From: Macrostomum lignano
Taxonomy: Eukaryota
NCBI GenBank assembly: GCA_002269645.1
Contig: NIVC01000102.1
Span: forward strand, 391,950 to 455,949
Reading direction: 5' to 3'
DNA: 64,000 nt
Positions within the stretch are counted from its first letter, which is position 1. Each line of letters starts with the position of its first letter. The position numbers and the translations under genes are program-made. Positions 39,509 through 51,296 of the stretch are shown piece by piece. The notes under the pieces were generated by a model, which saw nothing but the letters and a program-made list of their open reading frames with translations, did not search any database and was not told where the DNA came from.

Positions 39509-39979
39509 CATAGTCCAACTCGCTGTTTTCCTAATCCTGTCAATACCATTTCTATTCTGCATTTTGGACTATCCGTTTACCAACTATACCACATTTCTGG
39601 TGCCATATTCTGCAGTCAGTGTTGCATTAGCCCTGGTCGCCTTGGGTCACCGGACGTGGCCAATTTCAATAAGACGCTGCAGAGACTTGTTGGCCAAAGT
39701 CAGCAAAAACAGTTCTGGGAGATCAGCAGCTGACTCTGCTTTACTCATTACTGAAAAGCGGCCATTCGATCCGATTCTGTCTGCCTATCGCTGCGCCCTG
39801 TACATCTGCACCTCTCTGTGCATCTTCTGCCGCGACCTGCCCTGCTGGAATAACCGGTTTAGCAAGTCCAAGACTTTCGGAACGGGCCTCATGGACCTGG
39901 GCATCGGTTGCTTCGTTATCTGTCTGGGCACCGTGGCACCCACTGCTCAGTCATCTAGTTCTCGCATGCGTGTGGATCG
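39509..39979 (+). CDS. PIGW: PIG-W exon 2
   Basis: catttcag|C; RFSKSKTFGTGLMDLGIGCFV matches GWT1 RRFAKTE..GT..MD.GVG.FV; donor CG|gtgaga. Confidence 0.9.
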
Positions 39980-40034
39980 GTGAGATTGCTTGGTGCTTTA
40001 CTGTAATTGTTGCATCATCGATGATAGACCTCCT

Positions 40035-40322
40035 TCACATCCTGACCCAACTCCAACCCTCACATCCTGACCCAACTCCACCCTCACATCCTGACCCAAC
40101 TCCACCCTCACATCCTGACCCAACCCCCCTCACATCCTGACCCAACTCCAGCCTCACATCCTGACCCAACTCCAGCCTCACATCCTGACCCAACTCCAGC
40201 CTCACATCCTGACCCAACTCCAGCCTCACATCCTGACCCAACTCCAGCCTCACATCCTGACCCAACTCCAGCCTCACATCCTGACCCAACTCCAGCCTCA
40301 CATCCTGACCCAACTCCACCCA
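40035..40322. repeat. 24-bp intronic minisatellite (cctcacatcctgacccaactccag)
   Basis: Direct reading. Confidence 0.95.
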
Positions 40323-40325
40323 CAG

Positions 40326-41331
40326 CTCCCGCGTGCTCAGACGCTGCACCCGTCAGTCAGCCATCCTGACCGGGCTGGGGCTCTGCATCAGCCTACAGAG
40401 GTCGCTGGCATTCAACCGTGTAATGAGAAACCGAGCTCAGGTCCAGCTGACCGACCCGGATCAGCTAAAGGACCCGTTCCCGCCGACACATCTGCGCTTC
40501 GCAGCCGAATGGTGGGAATACGGAGTCCACTGGAGCGCATTCTATTCATTGGCTATCGCTCGAGCTCTGGGCACGGCGTTGGAGCTTCTCACCACGCTGA
40601 TGCGTCAGCCGCCACCGCCGCTGCTCCTGGCGTTGCTGCTAGCGCTGGCTCACGAAGCCGTCCTAGCGACGGGTTTGGCCAAAGCCGTGCTCGCACCTGG
40701 CCATTACGAGCCCTACAATCGGTCCAGCCTGATTGGTCAGAATCGTGAAGGCCTGGCCTCCATACCGGGCCTACTGGCGTTGTACTTTGCTGGCGTGCAG
40801 CTTGGCCGCTGGGTCAGGGACCGGCGCTGGATGAAGATTGCCAGCCTCCTGCTGGCCTCGCTGCTTGTGAGGCCTCTGGCTGTGGCTCAGTTTGCTTGGA
40901 CTCTACCGGAAAGCAGACGTTTGTTAAATTTGGCCTACTGCGCCTGGACTGTCGCCATCTCCTGCTCGTGTCTGCTCTGCGCCGCGCTCCTGTTCAATCT
41001 GCACGGCTGTCTGTCTCAACAGGACTCAGCAGGAGCTGGCAACGAGCTGCTCCAGCTGAGATACCTGGCCGAATTTGATCAGGCAGGATTTCTGAGCTTC
41101 CTTTTGAGCAACCTAGCAACTGGAGTGTTCAATGCAGCTCTGGGAGCAGCCGGTGTCAATAGGGAAGAAGTGCTGGGCTGCGGCTGGCTTTGCTTTGCAT
41201 CGGCCGTGATGTACTCTTTCACTGTGCAGCTGGCTGCACTGCAACTGCTGGCCGCTGCCACCAAGTCTGCTGGCTGCTGCTGGCAACAAAGACTGAAGTC
41301 TTTGTATGGCAAGATTTTATGTTGCATCTGA
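40326..41331 (+). CDS. PIGW: PIG-W exon 3; about 558 aa total
   Basis: cacag|C phase 2; EYGVHWSAF, QNREGLASIPG, SRRLLNLAY, FLLSNLATG are GWT1 motifs. Confidence 0.92.
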
Positions 41332-41529
41332 TGGATTATAGGAATTTTCGGTTTTCTGTTTGTAAAGCATGTAGATTAAGATTGCCTGTTTAATATGCAA
41401 GGGAGTTACATGTGCATTTTGCTATATATATATAAAATATAAAATATAAAAATAGCGTCAACTATAGATCTTACAGACAATTAGTATGCGAGAAAGTGTG
41501 TAGTCTAAAATTTTTCTTTCTAAATATAC

Positions 41530-42560
41530 TATAGTTTTCAAATTCTGTTGACAAGTTCAATAGTACCGAGACAAGTTCAATAGTACCGAGACAAGTTCAA
41601 TAGTACCAGGCAAGTTCAATAGTACCGAGACAAGTTCAATAGTACCAGGCGAGTTCAATAGTACCAGACAAGTTCAATAGTACCAGGCAAGTTCAATAGT
41701 ACCAGGCAAGTTCAATAGTACCGAGACAAGTTCAATAGTACCGAGACAAGTTCAATAGTACCGAGACAAGTTCAATAGTACCGAGACAAGTTCAATAGTA
41801 CCGAGGCAAGTTCAATAGTACCGAGACAAGTTCAATAGTACCAGACAAGTTCAATAGCACAAGGCAAGTTCAATAGTACCAGGCAAGTTCAATAGTACAA
41901 GATAAGTTCAATAGTACAAGACAAGTTCAATAGTACAAGACGAGTTCAATAGTACAAGACAAGTTCAATAGTACAAGACAAGTTCAATAGCACAAGGCAA
42001 GTTCAATAGTACCAGACAAGTTCAATAGTACAAGACAAGTTCAATAGTACAAGACGAGTTCAATAGTACAAGACGAGTTCAATAGTACAAGACAAGTTCA
42101 ATAGTACAAGACAAATTCAATAGTACCAGACAAGTTCAATAGTACAAGACGAGTTCAATAGTACAAGATAAGTTCAATAGTACAAGACAAGTTCAATAGT
42201 ACAAGACGAGTTCAATAGTACCAGGCAAGTTCAATAGTACAAGACAATCAAGTTTAATTGTACAAGAAAACAAGTTCAATAGTACAAGACAATCAAGTTC
42301 CATTGTACAAGAAGACAAGTTCAATAGTACAAGACAATCAAGTTCCATTGTACAAGAAGACAAGTTTAATAGTACAAGACAATCAAGTTTAATTGTACAA
42401 GAAAACAAATTCAATAGTACAAGACAATCAAGTTTAATTGTACAAGAAAACAAATTCAATAGTACAAGACAATCAAGTTTAATTGTACAAGAAAACAAGT
42501 TCAACAGTACAAGACAATCAAGTTTAATTGTAGAAGAAAACAAGTTCAATAGTACAGCAC
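41530..42560. repeat. Satellite: 19-20 bp gacaagttcaatagtac.. units, then 45-bp units
   Basis: Direct reading. Confidence 0.95.
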
Positions 42561-43558
42561 AATAAAAGTTGTAATTGTGCATGTACGAGCCGTAATTGCA
42601 GCAAAAAATCATGCGAAATAAGCGAAGCGAAAGCAAGGTTCAGTGCAGAATCTCTATTTTGACAAAATGTACTTACTGTATATGGTCACATACAGCTGTA
42701 AAAAGCCGTGTAGATTAAAAGCGAAGACAGAAGACAGGACTGTACAGTCCCAGCTATCTTACGCGTACCCTCGTATGCATCGCATAAAACGTGCATGAAC
42801 AAACAAATAATGGACGACAGCGCTTGTCTTGAGATTGCGAGCGAAGATCTTTGCGCATCAACTGAAGCTTTTAATAAAAGCATCTGCAAGGAAAAAAAAC
42901 TTACCCAGCAATAATATTTTTAGCCAGAAGATCGAGGCGCGTACGCACAAGTCTCAGTTTCCTCATTTAGTAATAGCGTCGGATTACGCCAAAAGCTTAC
43001 TACGCCGAGCCAAAGGCCACTAATCTACCGTATTCGAAATCGGTTTGTACTGAATTTACTAGACTCGCTTAGTTTATGTCTTTATCAGTTTAGTTCGGAC
43101 ATTTCAGAAGTTTAACAAAATTGTTTAACTTTTGAATAGCATTAATTTCAGTTCTCATGTTGGATATTTTGTACAAAGTGCGAGTCACAATCAATGTTTT
43201 TGGATGCATTCATCCTAAAACCATTAAATTTTGTAAATAAGCTCAGTTTAAAAGTTTCAGTTATTTTAGATTTTAAACAGAAAAATTCTTCTTGGATAAA
43301 ATGTATTCCTCTGGGGTAGATTAGTAAAATTCGATCAATAACATAAAATCGTTGCTTTTTTAAACACTTTATCGATGTGTACATGTAACTAGATAAAACA
43401 GCTACACTGACACTGATATGATATATATAAATCCGCTGTCCACCCTGCCAAATTACAGATTGATGATGTCATCCAGCTTCACACCAGTAATTTACATCCT
43501 ATCTGCTTAAGGCCCACTGAACTGTTCTCGGGGAAACAGCTGAGAATTCAGAAGACAA

Positions 43559-46500
43559 ATGGGCGAACCAGCCAATATCAAGGATGCTGTGGCTATCGGA
43601 GACTTGCAGTCGGTTGAGGCATTCCTACAGGCAATCGGTGATGAGGCTGAGAAAGGCAAAGTTGCACACAAACTGACTCGGTTGGCTGCTCGCTCTCGCC
43701 AGTGGGAAATCGTCACACTTCTGGTGCAAGCAGTTGAAGACTCGAGCCCAAAGGACCGCTGCTGCCTCGAAGTTGCAAAAGTCGCCGCCCTGTCAAACGA
43801 ATGGGCGATGCTGAAGTTCCTTGTGGAAGCGATCGCCGATCAATTTGTGAAAGACCTGTGCTGTCAGAAGACGGTGAAGTCTGCTGCAAGGTCAAGTCAA
43901 TGGGAGACAATCAAGTTTTTGGTTCAGACTGCGACTGACCCCAAGGTAAAGGATAGCTGCTGCCTGAAGGCAATGAACTTTGCTGTAAGCGAGCGTCACT
44001 GGAATCTGTTCCTATTTCTGCTTCAAGAAACTTCTGAACAGGACATCAAGAACAGCTACTGCAGCGAGGTGTGCCAACTCGCAGCCAGCGAGTCCCAGTG
44101 GGAGGTGGTGAAGCTCCTGCTGCAGGCCGCCTCCGACCCAGCGGTGACAGACCGGTGCTGCTCCGAGTCCGCCTGTTTCGCAGCCGCATTCGCCCTGTTC
44201 GATACCGTGCAGTTTCTGTCCGAGCGAATCACCGAAAGAAGCGCAAAAGACCAGTGCTGCAGACAGGTTGCAGTCATCTACGCCGAGGCCGGGCGCCTTG
44301 ACCTGATGAAAGACTTGGTGCAGTCCATTGCTGATCAGCAGGTTAAGGATGAGTGCTGCATTGAAACTACTCAGAAAGCTATCAAAGGTTTTTCTAACAA
44401 TGCGGAGTCGTTGCATCTTGGAGGAGACCAAGTCAATTTTATCAGCGACATTGAAGGAGATGACAAAGAGGTCAAACATCAGGTGTCAGAGTTGCAAATG
44501 TTATTTGAGTCTCTTTCTGACGGTCAAGCAAAAGACCAGTGGTGTCTCAAAGCCGCAGAATCTGCTGCAGCAGTTGGTCGCCTCGAAGTCGTGCAATTCG
44601 CTGTGCAGAGGGCGTCAGAGCGGAGCGTGCAGGAGCAGTGCTGGGCAAGAGCTGCAGAGTCTGCCGCACGGAGCAACCAGTTTGGGCTGGTGAAATGCAT
44701 GTTGCCTGCAGTTGTGCGCCAAGATGTAAAGGACGAGTGCAGCAAGCAGGCTGTGAAGTACTATGCATCGACTGGTTGCATAATAGAGGCCAAGTACTTT
44801 TTCTTTAAACTGTCTTCACAGTCACTGAGGAATAAGTGCTGCGTGGAGCTTTTAAACGTCATCGGTACCTTAGAACGCAAAAATCTCATTGCGCAAAACA
44901 GTTATTGGACGTTCGTGGAGTTCTATGTTCAAGCGATTTCGGACCAAGAGTTAAAAGATCGCTGCTGCTCTGAATTTATTCAAGCTTGCAGCGATCCGCT
45001 CTATCGCCCTGAATTGTTTCGAGCTTCGAGAAAAGTCCACTGGCCAGCCTGGTCCTTTCTGGCGAACTCAATTTTCGACCAGACACTGAAGGATGACTGC
45101 TGCAAAGTTTTGGCTGAACTTGCAGCTCAAAAAAGTGAAATTCATATTGCAAAAAGAGTTTTAAGTAGAATCGGTTCTCAAAGCATAAAAGACAAGTGCT
45201 GCTTAGAGATATCGGAGAGGACAAGTACACGTAACAGGCACTTTTTGACATTTTTACTGACTTCAGTAGTTGATATCGACTCAAAGAATGAATGCTGCAT
45301 TGCGGCAGCAGCTGCAATTATGGATCGATATGGATGGAGCAAAGTGAAGTACTTTTTACAGAAAATCATCGGTCAAGGTTTGAGAGATCAGTGCTTTGCG
45401 GCAATTTCTTTTGACAAGATATTTTTTTCAAGTGATATGCGTGTACAAACGAATCTGCAACTTCTCGGATCTCAGAGTCCGCCACAAAACGAATCTTCAA
45501 TTGAAGCGATTAATTTTGCATTAAATATCGTCAACAAAAGCAGGAGGAGCCAATATTTTGTGGATCTTGCGAGCCACCTTAGTAGATATGAAAAGTGGGA
45601 TGAAGTGAATAAATTGCTGAATATAATCGTTGACCAAAAATTGAATAATCAGAACTGCAGGAAGTCTGCAAACACTGCAGTCAGTGCTCGCGAGTTGGAT
45701 GTAGTAAAAAAAATTCTGAGAAACAATTCAGAGACACATGACAGGGTTTGTACAGCGCTTACCCAGTCTGCAACCGAATTCCGTCGGTGGGACACACTAA
45801 AACTACTACTGCAGGCGGTTTCTGACCCAGCTGTCAAGGACCAGTGCTGCGTTGTTGCCATTGCTAAATGCGTTATCAATCAGCAGGACAAGCTCGTCTC
45901 TCTATTAATTGATTCGGCCTCAAATTCTAAAACAAAGGACCAGTGCAGAATGCAGGCGGCAATTACAGCTGCACAATCGGATTACTTGGAGAGATTTAAA
46001 TCCTATTTAAACTCGATTGCGGATGCTGCAATGCGCAGGAACTGTTGCAGAGACGCAGCTGTAGCAGCAGCAAGCTGTGATGAGTTTAAAAAGCTGGAGT
46101 TTCTCCTGTCAACCGTCCCTGACCCGAGCGACAAGGACGAGATCTGCTTCCTCGCTGCAAAATCATCAGCCGGTCACAATCGATTGAAATGTTTTCAGTT
46201 GCTTGTTCAGACTGTTGCAGACCAGAAGCAGCGAAGCCAATGCTGGATGAGGTCAGAAGTATTCGCTGATGATGAGAACAAGTTGAGCTCCGTCAAACGC
46301 TTGGTGCAGGCTGCTGGTGCCGACGGCTTCAAGGATCAGTTCTGCATGGAAGTCGCAAGTGCGATCAATTATTTCTCAAGACCGGTACCACCCGAAGAGC
46401 TTCAATACCTCATTGATTCGGTGTCCAGCAATGAGATTCGCGATTTCTATTGCATTGAGGCGGCAAAACGAGCGGCAAGTGGTCGCAACTGGAAGCTCGT

Positions 46501-47205
46501 GAAGTATCTCTTGCAGACTATTGCAGATTCAGCTATTGCTAAAGATTTTTGCCTTCAGGTTGGGGAGACTGCTGCAAAGGAAGGCCACGTGGACACTTTG
46601 AAAGCAATTCTTGACAGAGAGACCTGTGCAAATAAAAAAATGCTTTTTCGACGCAAGAGCGCAGTCACGGCTTGCTCTCGTCTTCACGAAGATGTCGTTG
46701 CCTCCCTCGGCCTCGAGCCCGACTGGCTCTTCCAATACAGCACCATCCTCAGCTTCACTGCAGCAATGGCCATCGAAGGCAGGAACTCTGTTCTCACCGA
46801 CACCCTCTCTCGAATGAATCCAGCTCACATCACAGAGCTGCTTTGTCTCTCCATCTCTCAAAGACACGTCGCTCTTGCTGTCACACTGATCAATGATGAG
46901 CGAGTCAGCACACAGTATGTCGATCTGCCAGACAATACTGGAGCCACTGCTCTCATGCTGGCAGCTGATGCAGGTCATCACGAGCTCATTGAGAAACTCA
47001 TCGATCTCGGTGCGTCAGTGCGTGCTGAAGACAGTCAGGGTCGGACTGCTCTGTCACGAGCGTGCGAAGCCGGTCACGTGCGAGCAGCCAAGGCTCTGAT
47101 GGACAGAGGAGCGGATGCGAGTCATCGAGACGGTCGGGGTCAGACGTGTGCGCAGGTGGCTGAGCAGTTCGGTCACTCACAGCAGCTCAGTCAATTGATA
47201 TCTGG
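43559..47205 (+). CDS. Ankyrin-like repeat / cGAS-like receptor (cGLR) fusion, exon 1: about 28-30 33-aa KDxCC repeats plus 3 canonical ankyrin repeats
   Basis: 1216-aa ORF; GATALMLAADAGH, GRTALSRACEAGH, GQTCAQVAEQFGH; terminal codons GGG TGA overlap the donor GG|gtgagt. Confidence 0.85.
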
Positions 47206-47543
47206 GTGAGTTCAGAAAAATTACAAATTGAGAAAACTAATTTCGTCCAAAGGGATTAAGGACGCAACGATTGCTTTTTTACTTCAGGCAGAGCGCGAAA
47301 CGAAAATGCAAGAAGTTTTTTAACCTCAAAATGTGAGTTTTCATTGATGGATACTTTTCCTCATACGAGTATTTCTCGATTTCCAATAAGTTCTAATGCT
47401 ACGTACCCTCGTAGAATAGACAATAACCGTGAATTTTTTACATTACGAATTTTTGTGCGAGTCTTTTACACTTTATTGAAACAGTTTGCAGGCATCTTTA
47501 GCTCGAGAATGCTTGCAAGGTACCTTTTCTTGGAGAATACATC

Positions 47544-50500
47544 TGTTGTGCATGCGGCTTGCACGCTGACTTAAGTTCTCGCGATCTGATTGGCTTGGGT
47601 TTTGTGCCTAGCAAGCCTTTGTGACTTTTTCTACTCTGCAATCGCTTCTCGCATTCCTTTCATTTGGCCACGCTGCCTTACAGCACAACATAGTGAAAAG
47701 TATGAGAATTTTCTCGCCCACCCACAACAGCCAAAAGGCCTTAGAATATTGGATCGAACGATTTATGAATATTACCTGGAGGCCTGGATGCACGCAAGAA
47801 GACGATTCTAATTCATCTGCAAGAAGGGCCAGAGAGTCTATGCGCTGATGAATCTGCCCATGTCGAGCACAAGCCTAGTGGTCCTTTGCGTTCGACAAGT
47901 TGGTGGCTGCGCTGAAAACCATCTTCGGTCAGTCACACAGCACAGTCAGCAACCGCTAAAAGTTCAAGCCGCGCCCAGATGCCAGGCAAGCCAGTCAGCC
48001 AGTTCGTCGACGCCCTCCCGAAAACTCGCAGCAGACTGCGAATACGGCGTTCTCCGTGACCAGATGCTCATGGATAAGGAGCTCGAGCTGGATATGCCGA
48101 TGGCATTGGTGATCCTGGTCGAATCTGCAATCAACGACGCCAAGAAGCTGTGCGACGGCAAGAGTGACAAAGAGGAGTCCCGAATCCAAAGGTTAGTGAG
48201 CGTAAACCACCACGCAAGGGACCCAAGGATGCGGCACCGCAGAAATCCAGCGCAGAGGCACGGTGTGGAAAGTGAGGGGGGGGGCACTCCACCCGCGCCT
48301 TAGCGTGTCCAGCGAAGAGCAATACCTGTTTTCACTGCCAAATGTCGATGTGACGGCCTGTTTTCACGGCCGATAGCGATGCCAGTTCTGCACTGTAAAG
48401 ACGAGGACGATGAGCCATTCGAAGTGGCTACCGATGTCGATGCGGAGGGTGCAAAAATGTCTGCGCATCACGAGGAGGATTGGCAATACATCAAAAATGA
48501 TCCACCACAGGGAAGCAAAAGTAACACTCAAATGTAACGGATGTAACGCGACGTTCAACTCGGAAGCCACACGCAAAAACCACGCAAAGTGATGCAGAAG
48601 CGGACGCAACAAGAACGGGAAGGTACAATGTGACAGGCTGCGGACGATGGCCAGTCGCGACAGTGTACCGCAAGGAAAGAAGACAATGCCCGACTTGCGG
48701 ACGCCTATTAGCGAAAAAAAACGTGGCCAGACATAGAAGAACGTGTGAGGAATGGGACTGACCTGTCCAAGCGGAAACGTCGGCGACAAAGGACGAGACA
48801 AGACAAGACAAGGCAGTAGAATATAAACCGTCGCTCCTTAACTTCGCTATTTCCAGCATCGCCAACATCAACGTCAGGCTCCTATTGGACACGGGTTAAA
48901 AAGTCAACATCATCAACGAGAAAAGCGTGAAACGCCTGTCGAAGCAACTGGTCATCACGCCGACTCCAAAGCAACTGTTCTCGTACACAATGATCTGAGC
49001 TCGCGGCAATTGATGGTCTCGGGACAGTAGAGCTGCACGTTGTGCTCTGCGGCAAGTCCGCTGTTTTCCGCTTTTTAAATACACGAAGAGGCGCCAACAT
49101 CCTCGGTCTGGACGCACAAGCTTGGATTCTCAATCCGATTCAACGCAATCAGTAGCATCGATGATATCGCTGGAAAGTTCCCGGGGAATCTTCGACGGCA
49201 TCGGTATGGCCAAGAAAATTTGCCATCGACCATGGCTGCGCCAGAATGCGACACCGACAGTTGAGCCGCTGGGCCGGTGCCGCTGGCTCTTTAAGACCGC
49301 GTCAAGGACGAGCTAAGCAAGTTGGAGGCCGCAGGCGTCATCAAGAAGGTGATAACCATTTAGCGCTCAACGCACTGCTGTGCACCCAAGGCACCAGACA
49401 CAAGCCGCTAAGCATTCCTTGATGGAACGACCGGCTACTGCAGTAGAACTTCAGCGTCGAGTATAAGCCTGGCAAGTACCATAGTACAACGTTGGCCTGG
49501 ACTTCCTGTCCCGTTCCTGACAGCGAATGAAACCAAGGGCCTGACGCCGGCTGAGCTGCTGATCGGTCGGCCGTTTCGAGTACCTCTGATCCAGTGGAGC
49601 TGAGGCAACTGCCCCCCCCCCCTGATTCCAACGGTGGCATTCGCGACCGAGCGTCGAGTCCAGGACAACAAGGAGAAGGGCAGGCTGGCCACCGATCGGC
49701 GCCGTCGAGGACCTCACGACTGCAGGCTGCCGACTCCGTGCGCATCCGCAGGCCACAGACGGCTTACAAGCTGGCGACAAGGCTCGGCGAAACTCGTAGG
49801 ATCACCCGGCGGGCTGGGCCCGGAATCCTGACTACTAGACGATGGCACGCGTCGTCACTCTGACAACCTGGCTCGCGTTCCGGGTACAGTGACAGGGCCG
49901 ATGCCGGACTCGGCACTCTGATGGCGCCAAACGCCAGCGACAGCGCTAGCGCCGCTGACTAGGGTGCCGGCCGACGAGACGCCACCGACTCCGCTGAGAC
50001 GAAGCGGCCGGACAAGACGAGCTTCGGTCCGGTTCAGCCCGAGTTGATTGGCAAAGTGTTTAACTTTTGACTGTGCGCACTCGATGGACTGTTGTGTTCC
50101 AATGCGTTGCTTCTCGTTGCTTTCTCGAGGTGGGAGGGGGGAATGTTGCGTATGCGGCTTGAACGCTGCCTTGCGTTCTCGCAACCTGATTGGCTGGGGG
50201 TTTGTCTGTTTTCCAAGACAGGCTGGGGGTTTGCTGCTTGATAAATTACGCTAGCTATGTCCCATTTACTAAAAATGGTCTGTGTGTGTGTGATCGATTT
50301 CAGAACAAATGGCTCAACCAATTTTCTTAAAACTTAAACTGTTCGATCAGAATTTTTTTCCATGACGGTACATGCATCGTGGCTAAGAAATTTCTCAATG
50401 CATTAAATATTCGAAAAACATGCTCTTTTGCAAAGGTCAAGCAGCTCTTTCGACTATAAATGTAAGTAGACACCGGAATTCCAAGCCTTTGTGACTTTTA

Positions 50501-50559
50501 CTAAACTGCGATCGCTTCTCGCATATATTTCATACGTCCCGCTGCTTCACAGCACAACA
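47544..50559 (+). mobile_element. Degenerate Ty3/Gypsy LTR retrotransposon in intron 1
   Basis: LTRs tgttg..caaca at 47544-47690 and 50144-50559 (3' LTR carries an about 268-bp insert flanked by ttccaag); PPT gaggtgggagggggga at about 50127-50143; 5-bp TSD acatc/gcatc; protease LLLDTG (48885), RT start VKDELSKLEAAGVIKKV, integrase TPAELLIGR. Confidence 0.85.
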
Positions 50560-50845
50560 GCATCGATTAACTTGACTGATCATGGTCTACAGATGAGCAG
50601 TATTGCTAAATGAGGACTCAGTGGGTCGAACACAGAGGGACCGCATCTGCGACTGTTGCCCGTGTGAAACAGCTGTTAAATAAAAGACTGATCCTGCATA
50701 AAACTTGGACTGAAGTTTAGTTTGTTTAAATAAAAAAAACTCAAAATTTGCTTCATCTTCTAAACATCCAAATTAGCACTATACAGTCTTTATTGAATCG
50801 CAAGCAAAACATAACTTGCGAAATTTTCTATAAAATTCTATTTAG

Positions 50846-51216
50846 AGCCAGAGATGATGAAGAGAGCGACTGGCAACTCAGTAAGGAGTTGCGCGCACTG
50901 CTCAAAGCAGCGGGCTTCACTCTAGAGAGAGCTCGGTGCCAGCAGAGTTTGGCTTCCATGCTGGAATCCACAGCTCAAGCCCTCGCACAGGACAGTGGTC
51001 GCATGTACATGACGGGCAGCTACGCAGAGGGCTGGGCCAACAGTCTGGTGCAGGTGAACGGCAGGACAGCTGCAGACTCGGACATCGACTGGACTGTGCT
51101 GCCTGATGGGCAAGCTCTGCATCTGGAAGGATTCTGCATGCGGTATTCAAATGGATGCGAAACCGCTCCAGTGCTTCCGGTTTCAGAGGGTCACGCAGTT
51201 GTTGCCACCGGATCTG
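50846..51216 (+). CDS. Ankyrin-like/cGLR fusion, exon 2: Mab-21/cGAS nucleotidyltransferase catalytic region
   Basis: Acceptor tatttag|A, phase 2 matching exon 1; TGSYAEG..DSDIDW motif; donor G|gtaatt. Confidence 0.8.
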
Positions 51217-51296
51217 GTAATTTTTTATTCGTTTTTTACAAAGTATTTTTGAAAGCCGAAACTATGCTCGCCAATTTAATTTTGCATTCACCGCAG

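Noticed and set aside
43713-47180. Short antisense and alternate-frame ORFs over the repeat gene (and over 60917-63754)
   Set aside because: Shadows of a GC-rich real CDS; no motifs
50748-50845. TTG start for a standalone Mab-21 ORF
   Set aside because: AT-rich intron-like sequence ending in a canonical acceptor; likewise the 51217-51296 read-through is an intron
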